Positions 38,585-50,925 are shown, counted from the first letter of the stretch. The stretch: 64,000 nt of DNA from Mesotaenium endlicherianum (GCA_009602735.1 WELA01002751.1:64447-128446), one strand, 5' to 3'. The notes: generated by a model from the letters alone, not told the origin. Translations and numbers: made by a program.

Positions 38585-40722
38585 CACTAGATAGCCCAAG
38601 CTAATACACACTTTTTGGTGCAAATATAGCATAAGTTTGCTATTTTTTTGAACTCTTAATAGTACTCCAATGATGTCTTGAGACATAGATTTGGAAAGGT
38701 ATAAGTCTCACCTTTCTGGTCATATGACTTTTTTTTTTTAATTAGATTAATGAATTATTAATTGAATGTAAAGACAAGTGAACACGATCGCCTATTTTTG
38801 GTCAATTTTCAAGAACCTCTTGGGGCTAGCTCTTACAACTCCAAGCATTTGGATTTTGGCCAGAGGTGGCTACACATGTTCTTAGAGGATGTACCAAATT
38901 TCAGACATCTAGTCAAAGTATCTTATGAGATACAATTTTTATCGAAGTTGCTCTCTAATATGCGACGCTTTTTTTTTTTTGGTGCATTTAGAAGCCAAAA
39001 GTGTGAAATGGCTAAATGAATTGTTGTGAAATCAAAGTAGGAGTTCATAAATCCATACTTTGACCACATCTTATTCATTGCATAAGGATATTAATTTATT
39101 TATTTTTTTAATTTTAAAATATTAAGAAATGAATGAAAGCAATTAATATTTCACTTTTACCTATAAACTACACAAATCACAATATTATAGAGAGTACAAA
39201 ATTCAAAATGTCAACTAAGCATAAGGCATCTAACACACTCTTGGACACAAACACATGGCATCATACATCTTACTTCATAAGAGAATTGCACCATTTGAAG
39301 TCATGCTAAAAAGTCGTCGATATGCTATTCCTTTGCCCTCACCTCTCGTGTAGGACCTACATCCAAGTGGTCTATAGCTAGGCAAAGTAATAGGCCCCTT
39401 CTGAAGCTTTTTCCAAAAGTGCTTTAGACTGGGAAGAGCATGCAGGCCCATAGCCATGCACAAACCATGAAACACAACAATTTCAGTGGTCGTGCAAGGA
39501 ATCCAGCCCCTAACATTATGCTCAGCTGCATATGCATTAGTCTCTCTAGCTAGCTGGTCAAAGAACCACATGGGCATGAATAAGCACAACACGCCAAAGG
39601 GGGACAGACCTCTAAAATTCTTGGCCGAGATGCCTTGAAGCCCATGGTGATGGTCACTAGAGGGCTTCAATAACATGTCCTCATATGTCTCTCCAGGGGC
39701 AGCCTCCCTCCAGCTCCATTCTTCAAGGAGCTCCTCAGCAACTCCATTGTCTTCTTGCATGCTTAGGGGTAGCACCTGTGCATCCTCCTCGTCCAAATCA
39801 GATTCTGAACTTTCGGCCTCACTGGCAGTGCCTGCATCACTTTCAGAGTCCATAACTTTGGACTTTCTTTTTCCTTTCCTAACTGCTGCTGTCTGTGCTT
39901 GTTTGAACTTGCTCCTTTGTGCAGGAGTTGTTATCCTACTCACACCTAAAGGCCTCCCCCTCTTTCTCTTCTCGGCCACAAACAAAAGTTCCTCACTCTC
40001 ATCAAGTTCCTCATCAGGCAAGGATAACTCTAGTCTAAGAGGAACAAGCGGGCCTTCCGAATCAGGCTGTGAGGGCTGGCTGTCAGGCACACATAATACT
40101 TTCTTCTTATACGCACCCGCGGCTAAACATTGCTCAAACCCGTCGTCGGCGTTAAGATGACCCTCTACAAACTCAGCAGTAAACTTTACCTTTGTCCCAT
40201 CATACTCAAACAAGACTTGAAAGAGAGTGTCATCCTTCTTCCCCTTCATTTCTTTCTTTACCTCTCCTCTCAAAAACACTTGTTCACATTCATCACCGAA
40301 TTGCTCATATGCCCATACTCGTCCGAAATAAATTGAACTCACAAATATGTACAACCCTAGCATAGGACTCCTAGAACTCTCTCCTACAGCCATGGCGGAC
40401 GAATTCAAGAAGAGCGACAAAGAAGAAGGAAGAAGCAGTTGCTGTCAGTCGCGGAAAACTGCAATTCGAACAGACATTGAACAGGCGAAATTGATTTCAA
40501 TCCAGATTTTGGATCGTACGTTTTCACCTGTACCTTTGTCCGTACTCGTCGGTTTTGTTTGCGAATTTAATCGCACAATCCTTGCGATGTTCCCAATCGT
40601 TTGAACCTAATTTTGTAAAAAATGATTAAATATACGTAAAATGCTAGCCTAAACCAGGGAGCTCTCGAAATGCACCAAAATATGTGTGTTGCACCAAATG
40701 TGGTTTTATGGGCTATCTAGTG
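38585..40722 (-). mobile_element. piggyBac-superfamily DNA transposon, internally deleted, 2138 bp
   Basis: TTAA on both sides (38581-38584, 40723-40726). 14-bp TIR CACTAGATAGCCCA / TGGGCTATCTAGTG. Subterminal inverted TTTGGTGCAA. Contains a truncated piggyBac-like transposase. Confidence 0.88.
39275..40420 (-). pseudogene. Truncated piggyBac-type transposase (start of a DDE_Tnp_1_7-like domain)
   Basis: Acidic N-terminal region, then SPFGVLCLFMPMWFFDQLARETNAYA...W...TTTEIVVFHGLCMAMGLHALPSLKHFW, which matches the PGBD N-terminal pattern. The ORF ends before the catalytic aspartates. Confidence 0.78.
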
Positions 40723-40726
40723 TTAA

Positions 40727-41813
40727 TAGAAATTTCCAGCTTCAGCCTGTCTGAAGCGGTTTCAATTACCCAGACCCCTCTCTTGAGCTTATTCCCGAGT
40801 GCATTAGCAGGACACACACCATCAGTGGGGTTGGGCTCAAATATTGGGTCAGAAAGGGAGGCTTTCTTAAATTGTTCAAAGAAGAACTTTTTCACCTTTA
40901 GTAAAGTGAGTGCACGAAGGACTTTATCTACCGCATGCTGACTAAAGTTCCTTTCTTGCAAGTCAGGTCTTCCAGAGAGTGCATCAGCAGGACTCGACTT
41001 CCCTGGTTTGTAGTCAATCTGGACTTGGAACTGCTCCAACATCTGGCTCTAGCCGTTGTCCCTTCTCGACACTTGGACTTCTTTTGAAAGTGAGTCAAAG
41101 CTAGATGATCTGTAATCACTTTAAAAGCTTTACCATGTAAGTTTGCTCTCCACTGCTTGAGTACATGGATGGTAGCAAGCAGCTCTTCATCATGCACAGA
41201 ATAGTTAATTTTAGCTGGGTTGAATTTCATAGACTGATAAGGCACCAGGTGCTACTCCTGCTCCACTTAATATACCATATACACATGCAATCAAGAATCA
41301 CCAGCGCTGGAACGATACTTAGCAATTTAATGAATGCCAAATATGCGGATCGTTGCAAGGATTTTTTGATTTTTAATGAAGTGAGTGCACAAAGGACCTT
41401 GTCTACAGCATGCTGACTAAAGTTCCTTTCTTGCAAGTCAGGTCTTCTAGAGAGTGCATCAGCAGGATTCAACTTCCCTGGTTTATAGTCAATCTGGACT
41501 TGGAATTGCTCCAGCATCTGGCTCCACCGGTTGTCCCTCCTCGACAGCTTGGACTCCTTCTGAAAGTGAGTGAGAGGTAAATGATATGTGATTATCTTTA
41601 AGGCTTTACCATGCAAGTATGCTCTCCACTGCTTGAGAACATGAAAGATAGCCAACAACTCTTTATCATGCACATATTAATTAATCTTAGCTGGGTTGAA
41701 ATTCATAGACTCATACAGCACAGGGTGCCACTCCTGCTTGACCTTACCATCCTTCGTGATTCTGTCAGCAGGCTGCAATAAAATAGCGCCCATGGCAAAG
41801 TCAGATGTATCAG
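40727..41813 (-). pseudogene. Two tandem, diverged family-C RNase H/linker fragments
   Basis: HDKELLAI...QWRAYLHGK...[25 protein letters not shown] occurs twice (40727-41262 and 41357-41813), separated by ~95 bp of unrelated filler. Confidence 0.85.
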
Positions 41814-43062
41814 TGAAAGGAGCAGAGTGCCCTAGTGGAAGCGTAGTGACTTACGAGGAAAAGAACTAGTTGCAATCATACCAAAGAGTGCAACGGCATA
41901 TCACTAAGAATGCTTAGGAAAATTACTCAACATTTTGAGTAGCAAGAAACTGCTTACAAATGTAGGATAAAAGGCCTTGTCATTACAAACTTGTAGAAAT
42001 TTTCAGAAGTGAAAACTGATAAGAGACAAAGAAGTTATGCCTATTTATAATTTTCTGCCTAAGTGCTCTTCTCTAGGAGGAAGCTACGGAATTTTGTAAG
42101 TGTTCGTCAAATTGTCCCTTCCAGAATATTCGTGAGTAGGCCATATCAATCTCATCTGACGTGTCGGGCCGCATTGACGTCCACATACATGCATCGAAAT
42201 TACTAGAATATTCTATCTTAGCCGCGCTAGTGTAGTGAAACAGATAGAGAAAGTACTTAGTAAAACAGAATACTTTATCTATTCAAGACAAGGATTTTTG
42301 AACACAAGTGGTAGCTTCTTGAAAGAGAGATGGCTTCTTGAAAGTTAATATATTTCTGGATTTTGGCAAGTACAAGAGTGATTCTCCAATGTCTTTCTAT
42401 GTTCTAGCTCTTGTTTATATACTTGCTACATAAGTAATTTCTAGGAAGGTGTATGTTGATGTGTTGGCACCCAACACATCCCAAAACTTGCCACCTCTTT
42501 CTAGAATAATGTACACATGTCCTTTTGACCTAAAAATGGCACATCTGACTTTTGCCACATGGAGTTCTTCTAGGTCTTTCCTCTAACTTCGAAAATGCCT
42601 TGGAAGGTACAAAGGACATGAACCAAGTTACTAGAGTACCTATTCACACTTGACTCCACACAATACTACTCCAAATATATTTGAAAACATTAAAATATAT
42701 GCGAACTAATATATAATAACTCAAATCACTACAGCTAGGCTAAACCGGAACTTCTAGGTAAATCGACCTAGTCGGCACTCCGCGTCAGCCAAACTTACGT
42801 AAAGGTTCGGGTTCACTCTAACGGGCCAGATCGCTCGACGCTGTCGGTCAATCCGACGGTCGCGCTCACCGCGAATTAAGGACAGTTGTCAACCGACCTC
42901 AAAACTTATTAACGTTCGGAAATCCTTAACTCTCTCAATACTTGACCAAATTTGATGAACTTTATATCAAAATGACCACAAAAATGCATTCTACGCTTCT
43001 ATGCAATCAAAGCATACTTTCATGAAACTCAAAAATGCAATTTATAAACCTATGACCTTACA
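41814..43062 (-). repeat. Solo LTR, family D, containing a nested family-A solo LTR
   Basis: Matches 57348-58091 once the nested LTR is removed. Perfect TSD ATCAG (41809-41813 / 43063-43067). Confidence 0.92.
42231..42733 (-). repeat. Solo LTR, family A
   Basis: 503 bp; perfect TSD GCTAG (42226-42230 / 42734-42738). Confidence 0.93.
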
Positions 43063-43067
43063 ATCAG

Positions 43068-44641
43068 TAACCACCTGCACAGGTTTGTTGGGGTCATACA
43101 CAACTAAGACTGGGGCAAAACAGAGAGCATCTTTAAGGGTTTGGAAGGCAGCTTGTTGCTCTTCCCCTGCCACATACCCTATGTCCTTCTTAGTAAGGTC
43201 AGTCAGTTTACTGGCTTTTGTGGAATAATTCTCAATAAATCTCCTACAGTAATTAGCCAACCCGAGGAAGGATCTAACTTCCGAGACATACTGTGGTGGT
43301 GGCCAGTCCCTTTTGTTCTGGACTTTCTTAGGATTTACACCGATGCCTTCCTAACCGACAATGTATCCTAAGAATTCAATACTCTCCTTAAACAAATCAC
43401 ACGTGCTCATTTTAGCATATAACTGAATTTTTCTTAGTGTCCTTCATTGTCTTCAAGTGCTCAGCATGCTCAGCTTCATTTTTAGAGAAAATTAGAATAT
43501 CATTCAAGAAGACTTGCACAAACTTATCCAAGTAAGGCGGGAAAATGTCATTCATAGCACCCATCAAGGTTGCAGGAGCATTAGTCAGTCCAAATGGCAT
43601 CACATTAAACTAATAGTGTCTAGAACGTGTGCGGAAGGCAGTCTTGTGTTCATCTCTCTCAACAATTCTAAGTTGATGATAACCACTCTTGAGATCTATT
43701 TTACTGAACACTTTAGCACCAGACAGGGGTATCAAGCAAGTCCTCGATTCTGGGTAAAGCCTCTCTTAGCAGCAGACAAAACACTCTGTCTTCCTTCTGG
43801 TTCCAATTTTTGATGAACTCCATCGCATTCAGCAATTTGCATCCTCCTGGAAGCCTCTTCTTTTCCTTCATTTGCCATCCATACAGGACAAGAGGAAGAG
43901 CACTGGTGGGTGCCAAGTTAGTCTGCCCATTACTGGCTCCTCTCAATTTTATTGTACCTCTGCTCCAACACACTTCAGCTTGATGTCTATTAAGCTAGGA
44001 CCTGCCTAGCACGAGTCATAGATGCCAGTGTTGAGTACCTCAAATGTAAGCGTTTCAGTTACAATTGCAATGCCAGAATCTAACTGGACCTCAATAGGCT
44101 TGGTTATAACTCCTCCCAGGATACTTGAGGCGTCTCGAAGGAATATTTTTCTATTTCCTTGGGTGACAGTAGGCAGCCTTAGCCGCTTAACTAAGTCCGT
44201 ATGGATGAAAGTATGTGACGCCCCTCCGTCAACAAATGCCCTCACCTTCCTGCCAGCAATCATACAATGCAGTAGAATAGGGGGGACTGACGTTTCCTGA
44301 CTTTCGCATTGTTCTCCTGACTTAGCAAAGAAATGTTGGACATGAAGTGGCACAAGGCCATCCAGAGTGTGCTCTCTCTGAAGATCTATATTGCTGATGG
44401 TCTCCTTTATCTGTTTGTCAAGCAACCATAGTGAATCCTGTTTAGCAGGATCCATAATACCTGCTACAAGAGCAGCTAGCGACGACTCACTATCCCTAGC
44501 ATCCTCATTGTCAGTAGACTTGAATACTGACTGTTGCTGTCTTTCAAAGACTGATCATGTCTCTCGACCTTTGGAATGTGCTTTCTGTGACACTGCTTTC
44601 TGTATTGGCCCAACTGCTGGCAATGGAAGCAGTTAGGTTTT
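43068..44641 (-). pseudogene. Old family-C RT, protease and gag-end fragments, with an internal deletion
   Basis: [18 protein letters not shown] and CFHCQQLG; colinear with 31670-33630, except that the RT N-terminus is missing near 43758. Confidence 0.88.
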
Positions 44642-45628
44642 TGTAATGTACCAGTATATTGGATATGTATAAAATTCATTTGGATATAATAATTAAATAA
44701 GTTCAGCCCGCTGAACTTTAGTTAGTGTTTAGTCTGCTGGATTTAAGCTTGCTGGATACTTGATACTTAGTTAAATGACTCAGCCGAGAGTAGCGAGCTG
44801 AAGTCCATTAGGTCAGCCTGTTGACTTGTGTCAGCTTGCTGACACATTCTTGAACAGTCAGCAAGTTGTCGTACTCGGCAGCAGCGAACCGCCTAGCTAT
44901 GCATCTAAGTGTGGTGAACTAGGTGAGTGGCCAGATGGCACCCTTAAGGTGGATGGCAATTCGAGATGATGGAAGATGGCTGTGGATTTGGTTAGCCGAG
45001 GTCCTACCAACGTGGTTAACTCCTGGGTAGGCGGTGCCATCGCACTTGCCGTTGAACAGTAAACTCATTCCACGTACATATGCTAGGTATTGGTCTCGAG
45101 TTCGGCATTCAAAAACGAGGCTAACTCTCTTGTGCTGCTTACTGAGAGACATCTGAATTTACAGCAAGAAGCCGTTGATACGCAGTCTTTTAACCTTGCT
45201 TATGTATGAGTTTACCAATTGCATTATTGATGCTTGTTTACCCTTGACTTTTCCTGGAAATTGGCAAGTACAAGAGTGATTCTCCCATGTCTTTCTATAA
45301 TCTAGCTCTTGTTTATATACTTGCTACATAAGTAATTTCTAGGAAGGTGCATATTGATGTGTTGGCACCCAACACATCCCAAGACTTGCCACCTCTTAGA
45401 ATAATAAACACATATTCTTTTGACCTAAAACTGGCACATTTGACTTTTGCCACATGGAGTTCTTCTAGGTCCTTCCTCTAACTTTGAAAATGCCTTAGAA
45501 GGTCAAAGAACATGAACCAAGTCATTAGAGTATCTATTCACACTTGACTCCACACAATACTACTCCAAATATATTGAAAAGCCTTAAAATTATATGCAAA
45601 CTAATATATTATAACTCAAATCATTACA
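44642..45628. repeat. Chimeric LTR remnant: truncated family-C LTR (+, 44642-~45248) fused to a truncated family-A LTR (-, ~45249-45628)
   Basis: The first part is the reverse complement of 27000-27583. The second part matches 42355-42733. Each LTR lacks its inner end. Confidence 0.8.
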
Positions 45629-45929
45629 GTTGCTGTCTTTTAAAGGCTGGTCCTTTCTCTCGACCTTCGGGAGGTGCTTGATTGGTCATGCTCTCTGAAG
45701 TGACCCAAATGCTGGCAATGGAAGCGAATAGATTTTGCTGAGGCTGGTCTCGGCTTAGTCCTACCACCACCTCTTTCGTAGCCACCTCGAGAGTAACCAC
45801 CTCTCCCTCTAGACTGCATAGCATTATACTCATACTCGTATTCATCACCCTGATCATCCTCAGCCTGGTCTCTTTCAAGTGCATTGTAGGAACCGTGGGG
45901 CTTTTTGACAACCTTAGACACCAAAGCAT
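45629..45929 (-). pseudogene. Old family-C gag C-terminus
   Basis: LVSKVVKKPHGSYNAL...GGGRTKPRPASAKS matches the C-terminus of gag 33525-34991; it continues at 50926-51439 and 58092-58740. Confidence 0.88.
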
Positions 45930-47804
45930 TACTCTGGCAGGGTTACGCCGTACGCTAGTACGCTAAATACGCTTCGTACACTAGTTCGCTAAATTCGATA
46001 TGTAAAAAGTTGGCTCCGTTCGTTTAGTACGCTTAGTACGTGCTAATGTCGACGTCACGACGTTACTTTTGAACGTCAACGATAAATCCTGACGGTCGCA
46101 CGTGTAAAAGTACATTTGTACTTTGTTAAGAGTTGTCTAGCAGTGGGTTATGATTTTGCGTCGCTATAGATTATTATGAAAGTAAGCAACCACTACATCA
46201 GAAAGACATGATATAAGTTTACCCATGAACAAATTCATATTGCATTGCTCATGTGGTTTTTAGCCATTTTAGTTCGATCATCCTTCACTTGTCGACTCCG
46301 CAGCTAACTTTGTCTGAAACTAATTTACCAACTAGAATACGAGTGGCTTTTGAGCTTATTATGAAGGTAGCAATTTAACATGCATAGCAATGTTCGAGCT
46401 TCCATTATCAAACCATATGTATAATAATGATATTTTTACAAACAATAAAATCCCACATAATAATTGAGGTCTTAAATTCTTGATAGTTAATGTGCTTGTA
46501 TTGCCAACTATAATTTTATGTAAGAGCTAAATCTTTAACACCTTCACATTACAAGCCTGACCTTCCTTGCCTCTTTTTTGCCTGCATAAACACACACATA
46601 CAATTCAAGTGGCCAATCAAAGAAAAACAAGTGTTCAGAAGCCGAGAGCAATCAGACTTCGAGGGGTACAAAGAGAGCGAGATGGAGAGGAAAAAAAGCG
46701 AAGAGAGAGGAGAGAGCCAAGCCTGCAACAGCAGCCTTCACGACCCCCTCAGACATGGAACCAGCCGCAAGCACATGTAAAGGGGGAGAGATGTCGAGAA
46801 AATAGTGGGGGAGGGAAAGAGAGGGCAAGAGGAGAGAAAGCAAGAGAGAAATAGGGACAAGATCAAAAAGAGTGACAAGCGTGCTGCTGCTGCAGCCCCA
46901 ATGACCCCTTGATGTATGGCAGCACCTGCCAGCACACACAAAGAGAGAGAGGGAGAGGAATGGAGAGGGTAAGAGAGAGGAAGAGAGGGAGAGGGGGAGA
47001 GGGGGAGAGGGAGAAAGAGCCCCCCAACAAACCCCCCGACAACGACTCGTGAAGTGGCAGAGACAACGAAAGAACGGGAAAGAGAGAGATATAGAAGGGC
47101 CCCTCCTCCTGGCTCCCCCTCCAGCTGTGGCATATAGGAGCCCAAAGAGGCACTAGTGGCACGTCAAGATACAAAGGGAGGGTGCATAAGACATCGTGGT
47201 GGTGATGAACCAAGGTGGAAACAGGAAGCAGGTAACAGGCGACAGGTTGCAAGGGTACGGGAAGCAGCATGTGGCAGGTGGCAGTCGGCAGGCTACAAGA
47301 AGCAAGCGGCCACTGAGCAGGTGGCAAGCAGGCGAGAGGGCGAGCGACAAGTAACACCCACCAAATCTACACCATCAGAAGACACAGCTGCTTGTTGGAC
47401 GCACCCCCCACTGCGTCGGTGCATGTAAAAGGTAACCATAGCCGGGGGGGGGGATGCGTACAACTTACCTCCTGCTAACCAGGAAGATGCCACTGGGCCT
47501 GGCGCATTGACACACACGCACCAGGCGCTCATCGTCGTCAGCTGCCCATACACATGAGCATACACACAGACACGTGCTCAGACGCATGTGTACACGCACA
47601 TACCTCCGCACAGGCCCAGTTGCGCCCCCACGTGCGCGCGCGTGCGCCGCACTGGCCCATCCGCTCTTCTGCCCTGCCCGCGCAAGCACACACACTGGTA
47701 CATAGGCACAAACGCGCCCCCTACCCACCCGCGCGCACGTGCACACAGGACTGCTAGCACGCCAGCACGCCAGTGAGCAATGGGGCCGGCAACAAGCTCC
47801 CCAC

Positions 47805-47952
47805 CTTGCAGTGCGGCCTGCGGCGCGTGCCATTGTGGTGGCACACTCTTGAGCATTGTGGGGCAGATGCCCAGCGCCTTGGCGACCGCGTTGATGGGCA
47901 GGTGGAAGTGCTGCGCCAGGTCGCCCATCACGAGCTTGCCGGTGTGCTCTTG
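47805..47952 (-). pseudogene. Captured RWP-RK (RKD-like) DNA-binding-domain exon, frameshifted
   Basis: cag|QEHTGKLVMGDLAQHFHLPINAVAKALGICPTMLK, then after a frameshift VCHHNGTRRRPHCK|gt. This is a decayed form of the RWP-RK consensus ...YFHLPI.AA.LG.C.T.LKK.CRR.G..RWPHRK. Confidence 0.82.
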
Positions 47953-49525
47953 CTGCGCGCCTCCAAGCCCCCCCCCACCCCTCCTCTCCCCCCCCTCCCC
48001 CCGCGATCCTCATGAATGCTGACAGCTCACACGTCAGGGGGGGCTGACAGGGAGGACGAGCACCAAGCACACAGGCTGGGAGGTATACGTGCAAACAAAC
48101 AAACAGACAGGCAGGGAGACACAGGCACGCGGGCGGAGAAACGGAGGTGTAGAGAAGGACTGACGAGCTGCTGGCACCGGGAGACGAGCAGCAGCATACA
48201 CAAGCACCCCAGCACCACACCCCGCACAAAGAGGTGCAGGCAAGAGTGGACACATGCACACAGAATTCCACACACCTGCAGTGCGAGCCCGCAGCACACG
48301 TGCATATGGTCCAAGCCCCCAACCCCCCCTCCCCCCCACTCCCGACGCACCAGCACCAGACCAGAGGCGTGCAGCCGCAGCCGTTGACCCCCGCACATAG
48401 TAGACGCCCAAAGACGCCGGGCGATCATAGCCATCAGCCGCCCATGCACGCGCGTGCACGCAGACACATGCACAGACGCACGTGTACAGATGCACACACT
48501 TCCTGCACAGCCCCATGTGCGCACACACGCGCGCAAGCGTGCACCCACTTGCCCACCCGCTCTCCTATCCACGCAAGCACACACTCTGGTTCACCCGCAC
48601 CCGCCCACCCGCCTGCAAGAATGCAAACACACAGACTTGTGCGTGTGCACGCGCCTGCCGCCACACACACAAACACACACACAACCATGCTTCTTCCTGC
48701 AGGTGTGCGCCCCCTGCCCGCACACGCCCCCACCCCCCAACCACCGGGTGCCGCCCCAATCGTCGGACCCGCGCACACACCCCCCAAACAGCTCGCCCCC
48801 CTTGCACACGGAAGCAAAAGGGTGAGAGAGAGGGCATGCATCCAAACGCTCAACTAAGAGGGCCAGGGAGAGGGCGAGGGAAGCGGAGAGGGGGGAAGAG
48901 TGGGGCAGAAAGTGGTAGGCTGTGTGCACTCACCGGGTGCCGATCATATCCACGCCAGCTGGCGGCAGGATGACCGCGTGGCTTGCATGGCAAGGGCCAC
49001 GCAGGCGTGCACCCCAAGGCATGCGATGCCTTGTCCCCAGATACAGCACGTGGGGAGGCCTTGATGCTCAGCTGTGCCCTGGCCATCTTTCCACTTCCTG
49101 CATCCTCCCTGACATGCCACCTGTCATTTCTGCAGCTCGGGAGGACTTGCATGTCGATCTGCTGAAGTCTTGCCAGGTGGCGCTGGCGGGACAATTCGTG
49201 CCCTCTGAACCCTATACACTCTCTTTCCCTACCCGCTCTGCATAACCCCATGGGGTCTTCTGCAGGCCCGTGCTCCCGATGCCACTCCCTATTCCCGGGA
49301 CACTGTAGACTGGAGGAGGGCCCTGTTAGAACTGATAGGAGGCAAGCAGGAATTTGAAGCCCAATTGAAGCTTAAAGCCCACCCCACGATCTCATCTCCA
49401 CCTCGCCTGGCTTTGCAAGATGCCCACCAGGGCCCCACAAAGAACTCCCACAAAGACAGGGGGGAATAGAGAGAGAGAGAGAGAGGGGGGGGATGTGGGG
49501 GGACGGAGAGTGAGGAAGACCTGAC

Positions 49526-49653
49526 GGGGTTGCAACGTAGCACCTCCGCAAAAAACATGGAGGGCACCTTCTCGCGCGAGTTGAGCAGCAGCAACTCATC
49601 CTTCGGCGCGTGCACGATGCAAAACAGTCCCTTGCCCATGAGGAAGCACACGC
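49526..49653 (-). pseudogene. Captured exon resembling phosphatidylinositol 4-kinase beta
   Basis: cag|(G)VCFLMGKGLFCIVHAPKDELLLLNSREKVPSMFFAEVLRCNP|gt resembles the plant PI4Kbeta motif GVCFPMG.G..RVV.IPEDE..LLNSREK.PYMI.VEVL (recalled motif, not searched). Confidence 0.7.
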
Positions 49654-50925
49654 CTGCCCCCCCCACCCCCATGTTGGCACACACATAGACACCCACTCCC
49701 ATGTCTGCACACACATACACACACGTAAGACAGCATGCCCTCCGTTCGGTGCCCCCTTCCCTTCCCTCTTCAAGACTCCTCACTCTCCTTGGCTGGCTTG
49801 TTGCCCCCGCCTCATCCACCCTCATCCATATCTCCAAGCATTTGTCTGCTCTTGACAAAAAGCGAGAGACTCCAACTGATAGAGTGTAAGACCTTAAAAA
49901 TATCAATTGCGAGCTAAGTCAGCTGACGTTTCTCAATACGCTGCTTAATTGACGGGCATGCACACGCACAATTTCATGCCTTGACTTGCTTGAAATGCAG
50001 AGGTTTCTAAACTAGCTCTGTGAGGAAAGTAATCGCGGGTTCTACATACAGGTAAAATCAAGCTTGGCTCAAGACGATGTAGTCTATTGGCCGTATCAGT
50101 CTTTTCTTAAATCCTTTCTTATGTTGTACATGCTTTGTGGCTGATAACAACACACATGCTCAAAATACGTTAACTTGTACTCCTCACATCAGAGAACTTT
50201 TCTTTTGACGATCAACCGTGACTCCATAAGGGATGCTGACTCCGTGAGACAAGAGTAGTGCCATGTCTGACAGGGTCAGAGAACGGGAAAAAGAGTGGGT
50301 CCCGCCCCTCGGTTGCATGTGACCCGGCCTTCCCTTTCTCAAGCCTTACCACAATAGCCGTTTCTAGCCCCTGTCGGAAACCATAGCAAAGCCCATCAGC
50401 GCGAGAGACATTCAAACTTCAAGCCTTTCCAAGCGCCAACAGCGTATAATGTCGTTACTTTGCACCGAATTTCACCCCCCCAACATTGCTCTCAAAGAGT
50501 TATCGCTCGTCTTCAAGAGACAAGCATACAATGCCAGAAGTAGCCTGTCCCATCTTGACTATTAAGTTTAGGGCTTAAGTTCACCATGACACAAGTTATA
50601 CGAAATCTCACCAACTGGTAGCAAGCAGTGGTAGATGAGTACTTGTTTGCCAAAGCAGGCAAAATGCATCGACACTGAAGATCCCGCCCTTGCTGCCGAA
50701 AGTTTGTCGCTTCATTATTTTAAGCCCCGTCGCACGAAGGCAACCTGAAACTTCAAAAATAAATAGCTTAACTTGCGGACTAAACGGGCGTCGGACGGCG
50801 TCGAGGCCCAGTCCGCACGTGTCTAAAAGGGTACGTACGCTTAGTACGTGCGTACCGACTCAGTACGCTTAATTAAGCGTACGAAGGTCGGCCAATACGG
50901 CGTACGGCGTAACCCTGTACTCTAG

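Larger units (their letters stand above)
45938..50917. mobile_element. Non-autonomous Pack-hAT DNA transposon (4980 bp) carrying captured gene fragments
   Basis: Perfect 18-bp TIR CAGGGTTACGCCGTACGC (45938-45955 / 50900-50917). 8-bp TSD TACTCTGG (45930-45937) / TACTCTAG (50918-50925). Subterminal TAGTACG-type repeats at both ends. The interrupted gag rejoins exactly (FNHK|GQSNA|LVSK). Confidence 0.9.

Noticed and set aside
45938..46045. Short TAGTACGC repeats as a CRISPR-like array or satellite
   Set aside because: Irregular 7-11-bp motifs without spacers, present at both element ends, as expected for hAT subterminal repeats.
46567..48973. Long Cys/Val/His/Thr-rich ORFs
   Set aside because: They are translations of CA/GT and GA low-complexity intron-like sequence inside the Pack-hAT.
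47465..49906. An intact host RWP-RK gene surviving within the TE island
   Set aside because: The domain exon is frameshifted and lacks the RWP tryptophan, sits beside an unrelated PI4K-like exon, and is enclosed by TIRs and a TSD that interrupt a gag gene.
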